DNA from: Myxococcota bacterium
Lineage (GTDB): Bacteria > Myxococcota_A > Polyangia > Polyangiales > Sandaracinaceae
Assembly: GCA_036149055.1 (NCBI GenBank)
Contig: JAYZQJ010000202.1
Coordinates: forward strand, 1 to 52,368
DNA length: 52,368 bases
Direction: 5' to 3'
The notes under the pieces are model-generated. The model worked only from the letters and a program-made list of their open reading frames with translations. It was not told the DNA's origin and ran no database searches. The translations under genes and the position numbers were made by a program. This document shows positions 48,554-52,368 of the stretch, in pieces; positions within the stretch are counted from its first letter, which is position 1, and each line of letters starts with the position of its first letter.

Positions 48554-49286
48554 TCTGGGCCGTCGGCCGGATCAAGATGTCGTGCACCTGCATGTGGGGC
48601 GGCGCGGCCAGCGCCCACGCGACCGCGTCGGCGACGTCGCCCGCCTCGAGCACCTTGAAGCGCCCGTAGGTCTCGGCCGCGGCCTCCGCGTCGCCGTGAT
48701 AGACGGCGGCGAACTCGGTCTCGACGAAGCCCGGGCTGATCGCGCTCACCCGGATCCCGCTGCCGAGCTCGCGCAGCTCCTGCCGGAGCCCCTCGGTCAG
48801 CGAGCGCACCGCGTACTTGGTCGCGGAGTACACGCCGCTGCCGCTCGGCACCCGGTGGGCGGCCATCGAGCTGACGTGCAGCACGTGCCCGACGTCACCC
48901 CGCGCCCGCATGTCCTTCACCGCCTCGCGCGTGCACACGCAGAGGGCGAGCACGTTGACCTCGAGCATCTCCCGCCACGCCTCGGCGTCGCCGCTGGTCA
49001 GGGGCGCCATCCGGCCGAGCCCGGCGTTGTTGACCAGGACGTCGACCCCGCCCCAGCGCCGGCGCACCGCCTCGAAGAGCCCCTCGATCGAGGCGACGTC
49101 CCGGAGGTCGACCGGGCACACCATCGCGTCGCCGGGGAGCGCCTCGGCGAGCCGCTCGAGCCGCTCCTCGCGCCGCGCCGCGAGCACGACCCTCAGCCCG
49201 TCCGCGCTCAGCCGCCGGGCGGTGGCCTCGCCGATCCCGCTCGACGCGCCGGTGACCAGCGCGACCCTGTCTCTCCATCGCTCCAT
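48546..49286 (-). CDS. SDR oxidoreductase (DHRS11/YdfG-like)
   Basis: VTGASSGIG, VNNAG, YSATK and SPGFVETEF. Confidence 0.9.
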   Translation of the reverse strand: MERWRDRVALVTGASSGIGEATARRLSADGLRVVLAARREERLERLAEALPGDAMVCPVDLRDVASIEGLFEAVRRRWGGVDVLVNNAGLGRMAPLTSGDAEAWREMLEVNVLALCVCTREAVKDMRARGDVGHVLHVSSMAAHRVPSGSGVYSATKYAVRSLTEGLRQELRELGSGIRVSAISPGFVETEFAAVYHGDAEAAAETYGRFKVLEAGDVADAVAWALAAPPHMQVHDILIRPTAQIS

Positions 49287-49355
49287 CCGCCGAAGCCTAC
49301 CGCAGCACGCGGCTGACGAGTGGCTCGAAGCCAGGAGCAGCCGGGCAACGAGCGA

Positions 49356-49791
49356 GTGCTCGTACACGTAGACGTACACGTGGACGTGCTCGTAGACGTG
49401 CACGTACTCGTAGACGTGCTCGTGCTCGTGCTCGTTGCTCGTGGACGTGCTCGTGCTCGTAGACGTGCACGTGCTCGTAGACGTGCTCGTACGCGTTGCT
49501 CGCGCTCCGCAGAGCTCGGAGAGCACCGGGACGATGAGGACGAGGACAGCGAGGCGCTGCGGGGTGGATCGGCAAGGAGCAGATGCTCCCCCCGCCGGGT
49601 GACGAGGACATGCACGGGGACGAGGACGAGGACGTGCACGAGGACGAGGACGTGCACGAGGACGAGGACGTGCACGAGGACGAGGACGTGCACGAGGACG
49701 AGGACGTGCACGAGGACGAGGACGTGCACGAGGACGAGGACGTGCACGAGGACGTGCACCAAGACGTGCACGGGGACGAGGACGTGCACGT
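49356..49791. repeat. Two hexamer-based arrays in opposite orientation
   Basis: GTGCTC/GTAGAC/GTGCAC units at ~49356-49500; seven perfect GAGGACGAGGACGTGCAC at 49622-49747 with degenerate flanks. Confidence 0.9.
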
Positions 49792-49805
49792 CCCCCGGCG
49801 CCGCG

Positions 49806-50048
49806 TCAGGCGTGGCTGTCGATGCGCTTCTTGAGCGTGCGGGCGATGCGGAGGCGCTCGGTCTCCTCCATCTCGTCGAGCGCGTTCACGCCTCGCGCGA
49901 TGTCGCGGTCGAGTTCGTCGAGCTCGCGCTGCAGCGCGTCGTCCTTGGCGGCCTTGAGCGAGAGCGCCTCGAGCTGCCGCCGGCGGTGGTACATGAGATC
50001 GTAGATCTCCTGCGACGAGGGGACGTTGTAGCCGGTTCCGTGGGTCAT
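49806..50048 (-). CDS. Small coiled-coil hypothetical protein (80 aa)
   Basis: GAGGG RBS-like site, GC3-biased codons and helical composition. Confidence 0.6.
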   Translation of the reverse strand: MTHGTGYNVPSSQEIYDLMYHRRRQLEALSLKAAKDDALQRELDELDRDIARGVNALDEMEETERLRIARTLKKRIDSHA

Positions 50049-50092
50049 GACGCCCTCGAAGTAAACGCCAGCCGGGGACGGTCAAATCCCGC

Positions 50093-50542
50093 TCACCCCG
50101 GCGCGCGCACCGTGCAGACGGGGATGCGCGAGGCGCGCACGACGCGCTCGGCGGTCGAGCCGAGGAGGAAGTGGGCGAGCCCGGTGCGACCGTGGGTGCC
50201 CATCACCACCAGGTCCGCCTCGACCTCGCCCGCGTGCTCGACGATCATCGCGTACGGCACCCCGTCGACCAGGCGCGCGCTCACGTCCACCCCGTGCCCG
50301 CTGTAGCGCTTGGCGAGCTCCTCGAGCCGGCGCGACATGCGGACTCGCGCGTCATCGATGACCTCGGCGTCGAACACCACCGCGCTCTCGGGGAACACGT
50401 GGGCGACCGGCTGGTGCACGTGGAGGATGCGGACGTCGGAGGCGCCGATCCGCTCCGCGAGGGAGACCGCGTAGCGCACCGCCTCCTCCGAGGCGTCGGA
50501 GAAGTCGACCGGGCAGAGGATTGTCTGGATCGGGCTGGCCAT
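50093..50542 (-). CDS. Universal stress protein (single domain)
   Basis: ILCPVDFS and DLVVMGTHGRTG...LLGSTAERVVR...PV. Confidence 0.92.
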   Translation of the reverse strand: MASPIQTILCPVDFSDASEEAVRYAVSLAERIGASDVRILHVHQPVAHVFPESAVVFDAEVIDDARVRMSRRLEELAKRYSGHGVDVSARLVDGVPYAMIVEHAGEVEADLVVMGTHGRTGLAHFLLGSTAERVVRASRIPVCTVRAPG

Positions 50543-50744
50543 CGGTACCTCGACGAAGGTTCTGCGCCGCGGCGCAGGGCGTGCGCCGGGGGGCGGGGCG
50601 AAATCCCCCGCCGCGGGGAGATTCGGGGCTCGAGAGGCCGAAGCAGCACGATTCACGCCATCCGAACCGAGGTGGCACGAATGCTGAGTCCCATGATTGG
50701 GTACGCGATTGATCTGCTATGTCCATGGCGAGGAGGGAGCGCGA

Positions 50745-51680
50745 ATGAGCGAGCGAGGACCGATCCTGTGTGCGACGGATCTGGGCGCGACCGGGGCCCG
50801 CGCGGTGGAGCTCGCGGCCCGCATGGCGTCGGCGACGGGCCGCCCGCTGCACCTGATCCACGTGACCGGCCCCGGCCCCGACCCCGAGGCGCCTCCGCCC
50901 CAGAACGAGGCCGAGCGGGTGCTGCGGGAGCGGCTCAAGGCCCGGGTGGAGGCCTGCGCCGCCGCCCTGGAGAAGGAGCGCGTCCGCGCCGAGGGCCTCG
51001 GCCCCCACGCCGAGGCCGAGCTGCTCGAGGGGCGCCCGTGGGAGCAGGTGCTCGAGGCCGCGGCCCGGCACGACGCGTCGCTGCTCGTGGTCGGCCCCCA
51101 CGGCGAGGGCGGGCCCCGGGTGACCGAGCGGGGCGCGCTGACCGAGCACATCCTGGGCACGACCGCCGACCGGGTCGTCCGGCACGCGGAGTGGCCGGTG
51201 CTGGTGGCCGCCCGCCACGAGGAGCACCCGCACTCGGTGCGCGGCGGGCGCTGGCTCGTGGCCGTGGACTTCTCGGAGGCGTCCCGCGCCGCGCTGAAGG
51301 TGGCCCACGAGCTCGCCGCCGCCTGCGGATCGAGCCTGGTGGTGTTCCACGCCGCGCCGCCGGATCAGGACCAGCTCGAGGACGAGGGCGACCCGCTCAA
51401 GCTCGCCGAGGGCGAGGTCAGCGCCAGCGTGCGAGAGCGACACGACCAGCTCGCCGAGGAGGTGAAGGCGCTGCTCGGCGAGGAGCTCGAGGTCGTCGTC
51501 GGGGTGGGCGAGCCCAGCCTCGCGGTGCCGCTCGCGGCCGAGCGCCTCGAGGCCACCATGGTGGTGATGGGAACCCGCGGGCGGACCGGCCTCGCGCACC
51601 TGCTCCTCGGCAGCACCACCGAGCGGACCCTGCGCCGCAGCCCCGTCCCGGTGCTCTGCACCCACGCCGCTCCCGGGTGA
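50745..51680 (+). CDS. Universal stress protein (tandem domains)
   Basis: ILCATD...LGTTADRVVRHAEWPVLV and VAVDFS...MGTRGRTG...LLGSTTE. Confidence 0.92.
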   Translation: MSERGPILCATDLGATGARAVELAARMASATGRPLHLIHVTGPGPDPEAPPPQNEAERVLRERLKARVEACAAALEKERVRAEGLGPHAEAELLEGRPWEQVLEAAARHDASLLVVGPHGEGGPRVTERGALTEHILGTTADRVVRHAEWPVLVAARHEEHPHSVRGGRWLVAVDFSEASRAALKVAHELAAACGSSLVVFHAAPPDQDQLEDEGDPLKLAEGEVSASVRERHDQLAEEVKALLGEELEVVVGVGEPSLAVPLAAERLEATMVVMGTRGRTGLAHLLLGSTTERTLRRSPVPVLCTHAAPG

Positions 51681-51733
51681 AGAATTCCGCGGAGGGGTTG
51701 AATCCCATGTCCGGCACGTGACACACAGGTGTC

Positions 51734-52039
51734 GTGCGGTGGCTTCGTCGACTGCTTCGGAGCGGGGACTCTCCCCCTCCCTCGCCCGTCCTGCTCCGTG
51801 TCCAGGCGCCCTGCGGCCGCCCCGCCTCGGCGGTCGACGTGCAGGCCCGCTGGCTCCCCTCGGGCCGGACGACCCAGCGCAGCCACCGGACGGCCGACGG
51901 CCTCTGCGTCGTCTCCTGGATGGGGGACGAGGAGCGGGTGGAGCTGATCCTGCGCTCCGAGGTTGGCGCCGCGGCCCTCGAGCTGCACCGCGATCGGCCC
52001 GACGGTGGCCGCGTCCGGGACGTCTCCCTCGCCGGGTGA
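51734..52039 (+). CDS. Small hypothetical protein
   Basis: 101 aa ORF with plausible composition and no motif. Confidence 0.4.
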   Translation: MRWLRRLLRSGDSPPPSPVLLRVQAPCGRPASAVDVQARWLPSGRTTQRSHRTADGLCVVSWMGDEERVELILRSEVGAAALELHRDRPDGGRVRDVSLAG

Positions 52040-52368
52040 GCTCGAGCGCGTGAGATGGGGAGGGAGCCCGAGCCGGCTTTGCCGGTCGGGCGGGAGGGGG
52101 CGCATGCCCCCTCCGGAAACTCGAGAAGTGGAAAACGATGGCGCCGAGGCACCCCCGCCCGCTTCCACCACCACATGACCGAGACGACGGCAGGCGACGA
52201 GCGCAGCGAGGTCGCCGCACGCGCCACTCGGGTCGTTCGATCCCGCGGCAGCGGGCGGCCAGCTCGCGCGCAGCGCGAGCGCGAGCCGCAGGGGCCCCCA
52301 GCGCCCCGTCGCTGGGGTCGCGGCGCGAGCGCGAAGCGCGACGCGCCGGCGGAGTCGGGAGGGGGGCC

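Noticed and set aside
49583..49834. (EDEDVH)n metal-binding peptide ORF
   Set aside because: The repeats are identical at the nucleotide level with no synonymous variation, and several frames are open. A DNA-level repeat is the simpler explanation, although a GGAG precedes the ATG.
52040..52368. Possible gene or RNA at the window end
   Set aside because: No credible ORF or recognisable RNA structure.

Overview
Very GC-rich bacterial DNA. Myxococcota (Polyangia/Sandaracinus-like) is inferred from the DAG-repeat lipoproteins, Hanks-type kinases with PEGA domains, Cys-rich surface proteins and a TIGR04551-like protein. About 48 protein-coding genes were called by eye; most long ORFs in the supplied track are GC-rich shadow frames. 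Housekeeping genes include metG, topA, a CbpA-like DnaJ, MscS, USPs and a frameshifted DegP. The main feature is a divergent polyhydroxyalkanoate (PHA) locus at about 11979-24748. The right arm encodes a phasin-like protein, a FabG/PhaB-like reductase and PhaR. The left arm encodes three paralogous unknown lipoproteins, a Na+:solute symporter, an exported alpha/beta hydrolase, a probable outer-membrane beta-barrel, an unusually small PhaE-like protein, an acyl-CoA ligase and a class III/IV-type PhaC, with most genes translationally coupled. Two near-identical PhaR-type boxes each lie just upstream of a divergent -35 element. No phaA is present in the window. I infer a PHA/hydroxy-acid scavenging and re-polymerisation system. 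Other notable items are a His-less truncated PtsP-like protein coupled to a second hydrolase, a SUKH-like/PcrA-Tudor-like fusion after topA, a REP-like repeat cluster inside the PHA operon and two hexamer-repeat regions. No rRNA, tRNA, CRISPR array, transposase or integrase was recognised. All family assignments come from motif recognition, not database searches.
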